From the NCBI RefSeq assembly GCF_965229025.1, contig NZ_OZ245853.1:3172277-3236276 (forward strand): a DNA stretch of 64,000 bases, written 5' to 3'. Positions 38,611 through 49,237 of this stretch are shown here, piece by piece. The stretch's first letter is position 1. Each line of letters starts with the position of its first letter. The notes under the pieces are model-generated. The model ran no database searches. It was not told the origin of the DNA and saw only the letters and a list, made by a program, of their open reading frames with translations. Source of the stretch: Devosia sp. (GTDB lineage: Bacteria; Pseudomonadota; Alphaproteobacteria; Rhizobiales; Devosiaceae). The position numbers and the translations under genes are program-made.

Positions 38611-38643
38611 TTAGCCAGGCGGGCCATCGATGCCAGTGTCTGA

Positions 38644-39687
38644 CTATTCCGCCGCGGTCGCTGACTCGTCAGCGTCCTTCGACTGCGGCGCCTTGGGTGG
38701 GCGGGGCACGCGCTGTTTCAGGCGCTTTATCCTGACGCGTTTGACCTGGCGGCTGTCGGACTGCAGGATTTCGAACTCGAACCCCTTGATGCCGCTGACG
38801 ATTTCGCCCTTGGCCGGAACGTGCCCAGCCAGTTCGAACACCAGGCCGCCGAGCGTGTCGACTTCCTCGGCGTGGGCGCCGGGGTCGAAATCTGCGCCGA
38901 TCACCTCGCGCACCTCTTCGAGTTCGGCGCGGGCCGAAGCGATGAAGACGTTGGAATTGACCTTGCGCACCAGCGCGACATCATCATCGTGCTCGTCCTC
39001 GATCTCGCCGACCACGGCTTCGAGCAGATCCTCGATGGTCACGAGGCCGTCGGTGCCACCATACTCATCGATGACCACAGCCATATGGACGCGCTTGACC
39101 TGCATCTGCTGCAAGAGGTCACCCACCGGCATCAGCGGCGGCACGAACAGCACCTGGCGCACGATTTCGAGACGGTCGAGTTTCTGGCGGAGCGGCGGCG
39201 AAACCAGCTTGACCGGCACCGGCGCGTCCGGCGTGTTTACCGGTTCGGTGATGCGACGCAGCGCATCCTTGACGTGGATGAAGCCGGTGATGTTGTCGAG
39301 GCTGTCGGTATAGACCGGCATGCGCGAGTGCCCGACCTGCCGGAAGCGCGCCACCAGTTCGCCGAGCGAGGCGGTGGTTTCGATCGCTTCGATATCGGCG
39401 CGCGGGATCATCACGTCCTCGACTCGCTTGTCGGCGAGGTCGAGCACGTTCTTCAGGATCGTGCGTTCGGATTGGGTGAAGTCGGCGGTTTCGCCGCTGC
39501 TTTCCGACTCGAGCGCCACTTCAAGGTCGTCGCGCAGCGATACCGTGCGGAGGGCCAACAGGCCCCTCAGGCGCGTCCACCAGCTTTGCCCCCGCGGGGC
39601 CGCGGAGGCGGGACTAGAAGGAGGTTCGGTGGTCGGTTTGGGCGCAGACTTCCGCTGCGGCGCGGTCGGACTATCAGTGTCGCTCAT
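38644..39687 (-). CDS. CBS-domain hemolysin family / CorC-like protein
   Basis: DVMIPRADI, HSRMPVY, IDEYGGTDGLVTIEDLLE.VVGEIEDEHD, CorC_HlyC C-terminus. Confidence 0.92.
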   Translation of the reverse strand: MSDTDSPTAPQRKSAPKPTTEPPSSPASAAPRGQSWWTRLRGLLALRTVSLRDDLEVALESESSGETADFTQSERTILKNVLDLADKRVEDVMIPRADIEAIETTASLGELVARFRQVGHSRMPVYTDSLDNITGFIHVKDALRRITEPVNTPDAPVPVKLVSPPLRQKLDRLEIVRQVLFVPPLMPVGDLLQQMQVKRVHMAVVIDEYGGTDGLVTIEDLLEAVVGEIEDEHDDDVALVRKVNSNVFIASARAELEEVREVIGADFDPGAHAEEVDTLGGLVFELAGHVPAKGEIVSGIKGFEFEILQSDSRQVKRVRIKRLKQRVPRPPKAPQSKDADESATAAE

Positions 39688-39735
39688 CGTTCCTGGCCGC
39701 AAGGCGGCCGTTCCATTCCTGCTAAAGCGCGGAGT

Positions 39736-40209
39736 TTACTCATCCGCATAGGGATCGGCAATGCCGAGGGTGGCAAGGATTTGGGTTTCGAGCCCTTCCA
39801 TGACAAGGGCCTCGTCATCCTCGATATGGTCGTAACCCAGAAGATGAAGGAAGCCGTGCACCACGAGGTGGGTGAAATGGGCTTCGAGAGTGATCCCCAT
39901 CTCTTGGGCTTCTTGGCCCACCGTTTCACGGGCGAAGGTGATATCGCCAAGCAAGCCCATCACCGGACCGAACGGCTCGATCTGCGGGAAGCTCAGCACA
40001 TTGGTCGATTTGTCGACACCGCGCCATTGGCGGTTCAACTCGTGCTGTTCCTCGTCGTCGGTCAAAACGACCGAAACTTCGGCGACGCCTTTGACCTTGG
40101 CTTTCGATTGCTTCAGCGCCTCAAGAATGGCGGTGTTGGCAATCGGTTCGAGCCCATCGGGCCAGTCCCCGGCATTGACCGAGAACGCAATCTCCAGCGG
40201 CGACGACAT
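39736..40209 (-). CDS. ybeY: rRNA maturation RNase YbeY
   Basis: [22 protein letters not shown]. Confidence 0.96.
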   Translation of the reverse strand: MSSPLEIAFSVNAGDWPDGLEPIANTAILEALKQSKAKVKGVAEVSVVLTDDEEQHELNRQWRGVDKSTNVLSFPQIEPFGPVMGLLGDITFARETVGQEAQEMGITLEAHFTHLVVHGFLHLLGYDHIEDDEALVMEGLETQILATLGIADPYADE

Positions 40210-41246
40210 CAGGCTTTCGGCGCCGCCTGTTCGCTCAGCCGCCTGGCGGTATCGGCTTCGTAGGCGCGAACGATGCGGCCGACCAGCGCGTGGCGCACCA
40301 CGTCCTTGTCGTTGAAGCGCGAGATGTGCACGCCTTCGACGCCGTCAAGCAGGCCAATCGCTTCGACCAGACCTGACTTTTCACCACGCGGCAGGTCGAC
40401 CTGGGTCGGGTCGCCGGTGACGATCATCTTGGAGTTCTCACCCAGGCGGGTCAGAAACATCTTCATCTGCATTGAGGTGGTGTTCTGCGCCTCGTCGAGG
40501 ATCACCACGGCATTGGCAAGTGTGCGGCCGCGCATGAAGGCGAGCGGAGCGACTTCGATCATGCCCGAGGTGATGCAGCGTTCCACATGCTCGGGACGCA
40601 TCATGTCGTAGAGCGCGTCATAGAGCGGGCGGAGATAGGGGTCGACCTTGTCCTTCATGTCGCCGGGGAGGAAGCCCAGGCGCTCACCGGCTTCAACAGC
40701 CGGACGGGAGAGGATGATGCGATTGATGTCGCCGCGTTCCAGCAGGGTCGCGGCATGGGCGACCGCCAGATAAGTCTTGCCGGTACCGGCGGGGCCCACG
40801 CCGAACACCAACTCGGCCCGGTCCATGGCGCGCATATAGGCGTCCTGGGCGGGCGTGCGGGCAACAATCGTCGCCTTGCGGGTTGCGATCTGCGCCATGC
40901 GCACCTTGCCCTTCTTTTCGAGCGTCGGCAGCACCAGTTGGCTGTCCTCGGTCTCGATCATGCGGATCATGGTGTCGACATTGGCGATGTCGATCGGTTG
41001 ACCCTCCTCGAGCAGCCCGTACAGCGATTCGAGGACGCGCCGGCCCTGGTCGACCGCTGAGGCCGAGCCACGGAGCATGACGTGGTTGCCGCGGGGCGTC
41101 GCCTGGACGCTGAGCCGCTGTTCGATCAGAGCGAGGTTCTGGTCGAAATCGCCGTAGAGTTGCGCGGCGAGCTTGTTGTCTTCGAAAGCGAGTTCTAGCT
41201 GGGAGGAATGGGCGTTATCGGACGTCGGGGACACGTACCTGCTCAA
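40209..41246 (-). CDS. phoH: PhoH family ATPase (YbeZ); TTG start inferred
   Basis: [38 protein letters not shown]. Confidence 0.94.
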   Translation of the reverse strand: MSRYVSPTSDNAHSSQLELAFEDNKLAAQLYGDFDQNLALIEQRLSVQATPRGNHVMLRGSASAVDQGRRVLESLYGLLEEGQPIDIANVDTMIRMIETEDSQLVLPTLEKKGKVRMAQIATRKATIVARTPAQDAYMRAMDRAELVFGVGPAGTGKTYLAVAHAATLLERGDINRIILSRPAVEAGERLGFLPGDMKDKVDPYLRPLYDALYDMMRPEHVERCITSGMIEVAPLAFMRGRTLANAVVILDEAQNTTSMQMKMFLTRLGENSKMIVTGDPTQVDLPRGEKSGLVEAIGLLDGVEGVHISRFNDKDVVRHALVGRIVRAYEADTARRLSEQAAPKA

Positions 41247-41275
41247 ATCTCTGGGGCTCCTTATAGCGGACCCCT

Positions 41276-42694
41276 TCAAATATGGGCCGCCTGTGCGCGA
41301 GACTCAACAACGCTAGCAGAATTCGGTTCCCCGACTGTGACAATCTTACCAACCAGTGAATTATTTCGCGCCTCGATGATTTCGACCGGCACGATCTGGC
41401 CGATCAGCCGCGCCGGGCCATCCATGTGCACGGCCTGAAGGTAGGGCGAGCGGCCGCCGATCTGGCCTGCCTGCCGCCCGACCTTCTCGATCAGCACCGG
41501 CAGGGTCTTGCCGACCACGGAACGATGGAAGGCGTGCATCTGAAGGTTGATCTGGTCATTGAGCCGGGTGAGCCGCTCGGTCTTGACCGCTTCGGGGACT
41601 TGATCCTGCATCGTCGCGCCGGGCGTGCCGGGGCGGGAGGAGTATTTGAAGGTATAAGCCGAGGCGTAGCCGACCTCTTTGACGATCGACAGCGTCTCTT
41701 CGAATTCAGCATCGGTCTCGCCGGGAAAGCCGACGATGAAGTCGCCCGACAGCGCCATGTCCGGTTTGGCGGCCATGATCCGTTGGATCGTGTTCATGTA
41801 GATGGCGCGGGTGTGGCGGCGGTTCATCGCCTTGAGCACCCGGTCAGATCCCGACTGCACCGGCAGGTGCAGATAGGGCATCAGCGCAGCGAGATCACGA
41901 TGCGCCTCGATCAGCTCATCGGTCATGTCGAGCGGGTGGCTGGTGGTATAGCGGATGCGGGCAATGCCGGGGATTTCGGCCAACCGATAGCAGAGTTCGC
42001 CGAGCGCAACGCTCCGCCCTTTGGCATCCAACCCATGGTAAGCATTGACGTTTTGGCCGAGCAGTGTCAGCTCACGCACTCCTGCCTCTGCCAAGTTCGC
42101 TGCCTCGCGCAGCACCTGCTCCAGCGGCCGGCTGACCTCGGTGCCGCGCGTATAGGGGACAACGCAGAAAGAGCAGAACTTGTCGCAACCCTCCTGCACT
42201 GTCAAAAACGCCGTAAGTCCCCGTGCCAGCGTCACTTCTTTCTTCGCTGGCGGCAGGTGCTCAAACTTGTCTTCCGTTGGAAACTCGGTTTCAACCACGC
42301 GCGCGCCGTTGTGCGCACGGGCAATCAGCTCCGGAAGCCGGTGATAGCTCTGGGGCCCGAACACCAGGTCCACCGATGGCGCGCGCCGGACGATCTCCTC
42401 GCCCTCGGCCTGCGCCACACAACCGGCCACCCCGATCATCAGATCCTGCCCGTTGGCCCGCCGCTCCTCGCGCAGATCGCGCAGGCGGCCGAGTTCTGAG
42501 AACACCTTCTCTGAGGCTTTTTCCCGGATGTGACAGGTGTTTAGAACAACGAGATCGGCATCTTCCATGACCTGCACCGGCTCATAGCCGTGCGGCGCCA
42601 GCGCGTCCGCCATGCGGTCGCTGTCATAGACGTTCATCTGGCACCCGTAGGTCTTGATGAACAGCTTCTTGGTTGGGATCAGGGTCTCGGTCAT
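41276..42694 (-). CDS. miaB: tRNA-2-methylthio-N6-isopentenyladenosine synthase
   Basis: [19 protein letters not shown] (radical SAM), TRAM domain. Confidence 0.97.
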   Translation of the reverse strand: MTETLIPTKKLFIKTYGCQMNVYDSDRMADALAPHGYEPVQVMEDADLVVLNTCHIREKASEKVFSELGRLRDLREERRANGQDLMIGVAGCVAQAEGEEIVRRAPSVDLVFGPQSYHRLPELIARAHNGARVVETEFPTEDKFEHLPPAKKEVTLARGLTAFLTVQEGCDKFCSFCVVPYTRGTEVSRPLEQVLREAANLAEAGVRELTLLGQNVNAYHGLDAKGRSVALGELCYRLAEIPGIARIRYTTSHPLDMTDELIEAHRDLAALMPYLHLPVQSGSDRVLKAMNRRHTRAIYMNTIQRIMAAKPDMALSGDFIVGFPGETDAEFEETLSIVKEVGYASAYTFKYSSRPGTPGATMQDQVPEAVKTERLTRLNDQINLQMHAFHRSVVGKTLPVLIEKVGRQAGQIGGRSPYLQAVHMDGPARLIGQIVPVEIIEARNNSLVGKIVTVGEPNSASVVESRAQAAHI

Positions 42695-42747
42695 GGCGGG
42701 GTCAATACACCCAACCAGAGGCCCTGTGAAGGAAGGCGCGTTATCGC

Positions 42748-43557
42748 CTATTCGGCGGGGGTCGTCGCCGTAGGCAGCGCCGTGCCGCGATTGAGCGCGA
42801 CCAGCATCCGGCGGACTTCGGTTTCCATCTGCCTGGCCACAAGCTTGCGGTCAGACCCTGCGCTCAGCACCTGTGGCGTGCCGAATGCCAGGGTCACATC
42901 GCGGGTGCCGCCGGTGAGGATTTCGGTCAAATTCTGCTTTATTGACTTGGACTTGATCCAGGCGATGAAGGAGCGATCCGTGCGGCCGACCGGCAGGCCC
43001 TGCAGCCTGGTATAGGCGATGGTGAGGGGCTGGATCATTACTTCACCGGCACCGGCGTCCTGCATGGCGTGTTGCGCGGCGCCGATCAGGGCCGAGCGGA
43101 ACGGCAGCACGTGAGTGCCAATATCCGACTGTCCCTCGGCAAACAGCAGCACGGCGCCGCCCGAAGCCATGCGTTTGCCCATCTCACGTGAGGCGCGGTG
43201 GGCGTCTGAGCGCTTCTTGCGGTCGACATAGAGGGTGCGCTGCAGGGTGGCCATGAAGCTCACGAAGAACCACTTTTTCACCTCGGATTTGGCAACGAAC
43301 GTCACATCAGCCTTCGATCCCACGGCGATGATGTCGGTCCACGAGATGTGGTTGGAGACCAACAGGGTGGCGCGATTGGTAGAGGGCGTGCCGATGACGG
43401 TGACGTTCATGCCCAGGAATTTGCAGCCGAACCAGTGGAACCAGCGTGGGATGAAATTCCAGCTCAGGCCCAGCCGCGTGATGATGAACTGGCCAGGAAC
43501 GAACACAATCATGAACGGTAAATAACCGAAGACGAAGAACAGGATCCGGAAGATCAT
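42748..43557 (-). CDS. lysophospholipid acyltransferase (PlsC/OlsA family)
   Basis: NHISWTD, FAEG motifs. Confidence 0.9.
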   Translation of the reverse strand: MIFRILFFVFGYLPFMIVFVPGQFIITRLGLSWNFIPRWFHWFGCKFLGMNVTVIGTPSTNRATLLVSNHISWTDIIAVGSKADVTFVAKSEVKKWFFVSFMATLQRTLYVDRKKRSDAHRASREMGKRMASGGAVLLFAEGQSDIGTHVLPFRSALIGAAQHAMQDAGAGEVMIQPLTIAYTRLQGLPVGRTDRSFIAWIKSKSIKQNLTEILTGGTRDVTLAFGTPQVLSAGSDRKLVARQMETEVRRMLVALNRGTALPTATTPAE

Positions 43558-43991
43558 TTCTGCTTGTCCTCGGGGGTGATGGAGACGGCATAAAGTTCGA
43601 GCCGGTGATCGACCAGTTTGTAGCCGAGCCGCTTGGCGATGATCTCCTGGATGGCTTCGATTTCCTCGTTGCGGAACTCGATGACCTTGCCGGTGCGGAT
43701 ATCGATCAGGTGGTCGTGGTGCTCGTCGGGGATGGGTTCGAACCGGGCACGGCCGTCGCGGAAGTCGTGCTTGGTGACGAGCCCGGCTTCTTCGAAGAGG
43801 CTCAGGGTGCGGTAGACGGTCGAGAGCGAGATGCGGCCGTCGATGGCGCTGGCGCGGCGATAGAGTTCTTCGACATCGGGATGGTCTGAGGCTTGCTCAA
43901 TGACCTGCGCGATGACGCGACGCTGGTCGGTCATGCGCATGCCTTTTTCAGCACACTGCTCTTCGAGCGTCAGGATGCCGGTCTTGCTCAT
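43554..43991 (-). CDS. fur: Fur family regulator (rhizobial Fur/Mur type)
   Basis: GMRMTDQRR, DHPDVEELY, TVYRTL, HHDHLID, HRLELY. Confidence 0.9.
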   Translation of the reverse strand: MSKTGILTLEEQCAEKGMRMTDQRRVIAQVIEQASDHPDVEELYRRASAIDGRISLSTVYRTLSLFEEAGLVTKHDFRDGRARFEPIPDEHHDHLIDIRTGKVIEFRNEEIEAIQEIIAKRLGYKLVDHRLELYAVSITPEDKQK

Positions 43992-44021
43992 CGGCGGTCC
44001 CCGTTTCTCACCTGATCCGGG

Positions 44022-44498
44022 TTACCCAAGATCGCGCGCCATGACAATAGCGGTCGCCGGGGTGCCGTCAGGCCGGGGGTAGTAGCCCTTGCGTTCCGAG
44101 ACCTTCTGGAACCCGAATTTGGCGTAGAGGCGGAGGGCGGCGACGTTGTCGGCCGCCACCTCGAGGAACAGCCGCTTGGCGGTGGACATCAGGAGGTCAT
44201 CGAGCATTGCTCTGAGGAGGGCCACGCCGACGCCGCGCTTCCGCCACTTCGGATCGACCGCAATGGTCATGAGTTCCGCCTCGTCGCCGACGATGCGAAG
44301 CATGGAAAAGCCGGCGATCTTGCGCTTGGCGTCACAGGCGACAAAGAGCGGCGTGCCCTCGCCCGCGATGTAGGAGACGAAGTCCTCGCGCGGCCAGCCG
44401 CGGTAAAAGCCCATGGTGTGGAGCTTGGCGATGGTGTCGGCGTCCCGGGTCTGGGCGGGCTCGATATGGAGGCCGGCGGGGCCCATCCAGAGTTTCAT
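44022..44498 (-). CDS. rimI: RimI-like GNAT acetyltransferase
   Basis: EAELMTIAVDP, FLEVAADN, RKGYY; follows tsaB. Confidence 0.85.
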   Translation of the reverse strand: MKLWMGPAGLHIEPAQTRDADTIAKLHTMGFYRGWPREDFVSYIAGEGTPLFVACDAKRKIAGFSMLRIVGDEAELMTIAVDPKWRKRGVGVALLRAMLDDLLMSTAKRLFLEVAADNVAALRLYAKFGFQKVSERKGYYPRPDGTPATAIVMARDLG

Positions 44499-45103
44499 GA
44501 CGGGGTCACCCGGGCGACGCGGAACTTTTCCTGCGCCTTGGCATCGGCGTCGCGAATATAGGCTGCGTCCGGCGGATAGGCAGCAGGATCGAGGGTTGCT
44601 GCAAAGCGGGTGAGCGCGGCGATATCGACAAAGGCGGAGGTGATGAGGTCGGCGCCCACAGGGACCTGACGACGCGCCTCGGCAATTGGCAGCAGTTCGG
44701 GATGTCCGACGGGAATGCCTGGACCCGAAAAGACCTGGAAATAGGCCTCGTCCCGACGCGCATCGAGGAGGACCGCCAGCTGGGTGCACTGGGTCGCCAG
44801 CGAGAGCGCGAGGAGCGAGGGGACGCCAACCACCGGGATATCGAGCGCCAGACCGAAGCCACGGGCGGCGCTGAGCCCGATGCGGAGGCCGGTGAAGGAG
44901 CCAGGGCCGGTGGTGACGGCGATGCGGCGGAGGTCCGCATAGGTGATGGAATTGCGCGCCAGCAACTCATCGATGGCCGGGATCAGCCGCTCCGCCTGGC
45001 CCTGGGCCATGTCCTCGACCAGCGTGTCGGCGCGGTCACCGATCAGCAGCGCCAGTTGCAGGCGAGGCGCGGCAGTATCGATGGCGAGGAGGGGCGTGTG
45101 CAT
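44495..45103 (-). CDS. tsaB: t6A biosynthesis protein TsaB
   Basis: LAIDTA, GPGSFTGLRIG, DARRDE. Confidence 0.93.
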   Translation of the reverse strand: MHTPLLAIDTAAPRLQLALLIGDRADTLVEDMAQGQAERLIPAIDELLARNSITYADLRRIAVTTGPGSFTGLRIGLSAARGFGLALDIPVVGVPSLLALSLATQCTQLAVLLDARRDEAYFQVFSGPGIPVGHPELLPIAEARRQVPVGADLITSAFVDIAALTRFAATLDPAAYPPDAAYIRDADAKAQEKFRVARVTPS

Positions 45104-45147
45104 GGTCAGACAGATAGGCGCAGCGATGGCCGGCGTCGAGAGGCTAC

Positions 45148-45197
45148 TTCCCCTCACCCGCCCTTCGGGCACCCTCTCCCTCAAGGGGAGAGGGAAG
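45148..45197. repeat. single palindromic repeat unit
   Basis: CTTCCCCTCACCCGCCCTTCGGGCACCCTCTCCCTCAAGGGGAGAGGGAAG. Confidence 0.88.
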
Positions 45198-45225
45198 ATC
45201 TCGAAGCTGCGTATGCTTTAGGCAG

Positions 45226-45783
45226 TCAGACCTGCTGCACGGCCTCGACGCCAGGCACAAAGTGGCGGAGAAGGTTTTCGATGCCGGATTTGAGCGTCGC
45301 CGTCGATGACGGGCAGCCCGAGCAGGCGCCCTGCATGTGGAGGAACACGGTGCCCTCCTTGAAGCCCTTGAAGGTGATATCGCCGCCATCCATGGCGACC
45401 GCTGGACGCACGCGGGTGGCGAGCAGTTCCTTGATCACTTCGACGGTCTCGGAATCGGACTCTTCAAAGAACTCGTCGCCTGTTTCCTGCTCAGCAGTGC
45501 CATCGGCGATGACGGGCTTGCCGGAGAGGAAATGCTCCATGATGACGCCGAGGATGGCCGGCTTGATATGGCTCCACTCGGCGCTATCCTTGGTTACGGA
45601 GATGAAATCGGACCCGAGGAAGACACCTTCCACACCCGGAACTTCGAAGAGTGCGGTGGCGAGTGGTGAAATGCCGGCCGACTCGGACGTGCGGAAATCG
45701 CGCGGCTCACCCACGACGACGTCGCGACCGGGCAGGAACTTCAGGGTTGCCGGATTGGGTGTCGATTCGGTCTGGATGAACAT
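45226..45783 (-). CDS. nfuA: NfuA/NifU-like Fe-S cluster carrier
   Basis: MFIQTESTPNPATLKFLPG, VRPAVAMDGGDI, GACSGCPSS. Confidence 0.93.
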   Translation of the reverse strand: MFIQTESTPNPATLKFLPGRDVVVGEPRDFRTSESAGISPLATALFEVPGVEGVFLGSDFISVTKDSAEWSHIKPAILGVIMEHFLSGKPVIADGTAEQETGDEFFEESDSETVEVIKELLATRVRPAVAMDGGDITFKGFKEGTVFLHMQGACSGCPSSTATLKSGIENLLRHFVPGVEAVQQV

Positions 45784-45803
45784 GTTGGGATCCGCAAGTT
45801 CGC

Positions 45804-45820
45804 GTTAGAATGGTTCTAAA
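45804..45820. promoter_or_regulatory. Irr iron control element (ICE)
   Basis: GTTAGAATGGTTCTAAA, 16/17 match to TTTRGAAYNRTTCYAAA. Confidence 0.75.
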
Positions 45821-45847
45821 ATAGGATTTTGAACCACAGATTGCAAG
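45819..45847 (-). promoter_or_regulatory. RpoH-type promoter of nfuA
   Basis: CTTGCA-N16-CCTATTT versus the rhizobial RpoH consensus CTTGAA-N15/16-CCTATAT. Confidence 0.6.
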
Positions 45848-45859
45848 GCATCACATCCA

Positions 45860-46360
45860 TCACGTTGCCGCAATGATCTCGTCGTCACTCATGGTGCCGG
45901 GGATGATGGTGACGATCACCGGCAGGGCACTCGTGGCGGCGCGGGTGGCGAAATCGGTGATGAGCTGGCCGGGGCCTTCCTTGGCGCTCGAGGCGGCGAG
46001 GACGAGGATACCGATGCCCGAGTCCGCAGCGACGACCTTTTCGATCTCCTCACGGAGGTCGCCTTCGCGGATCACCGTTTCGGTCCGGATATCGCCGATG
46101 GCTGAAATGCGTGCCAGGCGCGCATCAAGCAGGCGCTCAGCGTTTTCCCGGGCCTCGGCGCGCATGACTTCCTCGACACCGAGGAACTGCGCAAAATCCT
46201 GGGTTTCGATGACCGCCAGCAATACTACAGTGCCGCCAACCCGGTGCACCCGGTTGGCCGCAAAGGTGATGGCCCGGTCGGACTCGGGCGTGTCGTCGAT
46301 GACGACAAGAAACTTCCGCTTCGAACTCTGTTCGCTCTCAGCCAAGGCGCCGCACCCCAT
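45860..46360 (-). CDS. universal stress protein; start uncertain
   Basis: KFLVVIDDTPES, ILVLAA...GPG.L, PVIVTIIPG. Confidence 0.85.
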   Translation of the reverse strand: MGCGALAESEQSSKRKFLVVIDDTPESDRAITFAANRVHRVGGTVVLLAVIETQDFAQFLGVEEVMRAEARENAERLLDARLARISAIGDIRTETVIREGDLREEIEKVVAADSGIGILVLAASSAKEGPGQLITDFATRAATSALPVIVTIIPGTMSDDEIIAAT

Positions 46361-46404
46361 CTGACATTGGTATCATTGTCCCAGAACGAGGCCCTGCCAG
46401 CAAG

Positions 46405-47448
46405 TCAGCGGACAAAGCCGACGATCTGTCGGATTTCATCCATGTGCGGGATGGCGATGGCGCGGGCGCGGTCAGCGCCGTCGCGGAGGATCTTATCCAT
46501 CTCGGCCCGGTCGCCCACCAGCCGGCGCATCTCGCCGGCAATGGGGGAGAGGACGGAAACGGCGAGATCGGCTAGGGCCGGCTTGAACTTGCCCCAACCG
46601 GAGCCGCCGAACTCGGCCAGCACCTGATCGACGCTCTGATCGGCCAGCGAGGCATAGATGGCGACGAGATTGGCGGCCTCGGCGCGGCCTTCGAGGCCGG
46701 CAGCCTCGGTTGGCAGGGACTCGGGGTCGGTGGTGGCGCGCTTGATCTTTTTCGAGATCGTGTCGGCATCGTCCATCATGTAGATGGTCGACATGTCCGA
46801 TGCGTCGGACTTTGACATCTTCTTCTTGCCGTCCTTGAGACTCATGACGCGCGTGGCGGGACCTGTGACCAGAGTATCGGTCAGCGGGAAATAGTCCTCG
46901 TCAAAGCCCAGCCCTTTGATCTGCTTGCGGAAATCGTGGTTGAACTTCTTGGCGATATCGCGCGTCAGCTCGAGGTGCTGCTTCTGATCGTCACCGACCG
47001 GCACGCCCGTAGCTTTGTAGAGCAGGATATCGGCCGCCATCAGCGAAGGATAGGCAAAAAGGCCCAGTGACACGGCTTCTGAGTTTTCGCCGCCTTCGCC
47101 GCCCGCCTTGTCCTTGAACTGAGTCATGCGCATCATCCAGCCGACGCGCGCCACGCAGTTGAAGATCCAACCGAGTTCGGCGTGCTCGACGACCTGTGAC
47201 TGGTTGAAGATGATCGACTTTTTGGGATCGAGCCCGGACGCGATATAGGCGGCGGCGATCTCATAGGTCCAGCGGCGCAGGTCTTCGGGCTCCTGCCAGA
47301 CGGTGATGGCGTGCATATCGACGACGCAATAGATCGTCTCGTGGGTCTGCTGCAGCGGCACGAAGCGGCGGATAGCGCCAAGATAGTTGCCAAGGTGCAG
47401 ATCGCCGGAGGGCTTGATGCCGGAAAAGACGCGAGGGATGAAGGCCAT
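46405..47448 (-). CDS. trpS: tryptophanyl-tRNA synthetase
   Basis: [22 protein letters not shown]. Confidence 0.97.
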   Translation of the reverse strand: MAFIPRVFSGIKPSGDLHLGNYLGAIRRFVPLQQTHETIYCVVDMHAITVWQEPEDLRRWTYEIAAAYIASGLDPKKSIIFNQSQVVEHAELGWIFNCVARVGWMMRMTQFKDKAGGEGGENSEAVSLGLFAYPSLMAADILLYKATGVPVGDDQKQHLELTRDIAKKFNHDFRKQIKGLGFDEDYFPLTDTLVTGPATRVMSLKDGKKKMSKSDASDMSTIYMMDDADTISKKIKRATTDPESLPTEAAGLEGRAEAANLVAIYASLADQSVDQVLAEFGGSGWGKFKPALADLAVSVLSPIAGEMRRLVGDRAEMDKILRDGADRARAIAIPHMDEIRQIVGFVR

Positions 47449-47478
47449 GATGATCCCGAAAGCTGAACGGGGAAGGCT

Positions 47479-49047
47479 TTACCCTTTCGAGCCCCGGCGC
47501 CGCAAGCGATTGAGCACGAGATCGAGCCGCTGGGCGCCCGAAACATGGGCAAGGCCGAAATAGACCGCGAGCCCAAGGGTGACGAGACCGCCGAGCGCCA
47601 GCAGTTGTACGATGAGCGGCGCATCGACGGCAAAGAACGGCGCGAGCGGAATGGCCAGCCCCCACAGCATTGCGGCCATGGCGACCGAAATGGCAATGAT
47701 CAGGAAGTGCCGGCGCCATTCGCTGGAAGCGAGGCGGAAATGGCCACGACGACCGAGCCAGATGGCGAGGAGCGCGGCGTTCGCCCAAGCCGCAACGGAG
47801 GTCGCTATGGCGATGCCGACATGGGCGAGAAACGGGAACAGGGCGAGCGAGAAGACGATGTTGATGACCACAGATATGCCGGCGAAAGCGGTCGGGGTGC
47901 GGGTGTCTTCGCGGGCGAAAAAGCCCGGCTGCAGCACGCGGATCAAGACATAGGCGGGAAGGCCCGCCGAGAACCAGATCAGGGTGTTGGCGGTTTCGAG
48001 CGTATCGATGCCGCTGAAGGCGCCGCGCTGGAACAGCACGCGGACGATGGGCACCGAGAGTGCGATCAACGCGGTGGCGGCGGGCATCGACAGGAACATC
48101 GAGAGCAGCAGCGACTGGTTCTGCGCCGCGTCGGCTTCCTTGGCGCGCCCACCCTTCAAATGCCGTGAGAGTTCGGGCAGCAGCACAGTGCCGATGGCGA
48201 TGCCGATGATGCCGAGCGGCAACTGGTAGAGCCGATCTGCATAATAGAGATAGGCGATGGCGCTGTCGGCGGATGAGGCGATGATGGTGCCAACGAAGAT
48301 GTTAACCTGGGTGATGCCGCCGGCGATCACGGCCGGGATGGCGAGAATCCAGAAGCGCTTCACATCGGCATCGAACTTGGGCCAGTGCAGGCGGGGCACG
48401 AAGCCGGCGCGCCGGATGGCGGCATAGACCAGCGCCAGCTGTGCGATGCCGCCCGCGATCGTGCCGATGGCGATCCAGATGGCGGTTTGCACATCGGTGT
48501 TTGGCCAGAGCACCAGCGGCGCCATGAAGGCGATCATGACAATGTTGAGCAGGATCGGCGCGAAGGCCGCGGCCGAAAACTTCCCCAGCCCGTTGAGGAT
48601 CGCCGCATAGGCGGCCATCAACGACATACACATGAGGTAAGGAAAGCAGATCCGGGTGAGGAGAACCGTCAGCTCGTATTTGGCCGGATCGTTGAGGAAG
48701 CCCGGAACGAACGGCGCCAGCACCCACGGCATGGCGATTTCGGCAAAGACGGTGACGACCAGCACCACCGCGACCAGCCAGCTCATGATACGCGCAGCCC
48801 AGAGCCGGGCGGGTTCCATCCCTTCCTGCTCGATGGCCTTGGCAAAGAGCGGGATAAACGCGGTGTTGAAGGCCCCTTCGGCGAAGAGGCGCCGGAAGAG
48901 ATTGGGGAAACGGAAGGCGGCCAGGTAGGCGTCGGCGGCGGGGCCAGTGCCGAGCACTGCCGCGACCAGCGCATCACGCACAAAGCCGAGGACCCGGCTG
49001 CCGGTGGTCAGCAGCCCGACATTGATGAAGTTACGGAAGAGGCTCAC
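47479..49047 (-). CDS. murJ: lipid II flippase
   Basis: SRVLGFVRD, AFRFPNLFRRLFAEGAF, RLYQLPLG. Confidence 0.96.
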   Translation of the reverse strand: MSLFRNFINVGLLTTGSRVLGFVRDALVAAVLGTGPAADAYLAAFRFPNLFRRLFAEGAFNTAFIPLFAKAIEQEGMEPARLWAARIMSWLVAVVLVVTVFAEIAMPWVLAPFVPGFLNDPAKYELTVLLTRICFPYLMCMSLMAAYAAILNGLGKFSAAAFAPILLNIVMIAFMAPLVLWPNTDVQTAIWIAIGTIAGGIAQLALVYAAIRRAGFVPRLHWPKFDADVKRFWILAIPAVIAGGITQVNIFVGTIIASSADSAIAYLYYADRLYQLPLGIIGIAIGTVLLPELSRHLKGGRAKEADAAQNQSLLLSMFLSMPAATALIALSVPIVRVLFQRGAFSGIDTLETANTLIWFSAGLPAYVLIRVLQPGFFAREDTRTPTAFAGISVVINIVFSLALFPFLAHVGIAIATSVAAWANAALLAIWLGRRGHFRLASSEWRRHFLIIAISVAMAAMLWGLAIPLAPFFAVDAPLIVQLLALGGLVTLGLAVYFGLAHVSGAQRLDLVLNRLRRRGSKG

Positions 49048-49074
49048 GGACGTAGTCCGGCGGGATCCAGAAAG

Positions 49075-49207
49075 TAAGGCCCCCTCACCCGGCCTTCAGC
49101 CGACCTCTCTCCCAAAGGGAGAGGCAAGCTGAGGCACGATCGCGCCACCTCGACACCTCTCCCTTGGGGGAGAGGTCGGCGCGTAGCGCCGGGTGAGGGG
49201 GCCTTAC
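49075..49207. repeat. composite palindrome of two inverted units
   Basis: GTAAGGCCCCCTCACCC ... GGGTGAGGGGGCCTTAC (17-bp perfect outer arms). Confidence 0.88.
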
Positions 49208-49237
49208 TGTTCATAAGCGATAGCCGCAGCCAGTTGC

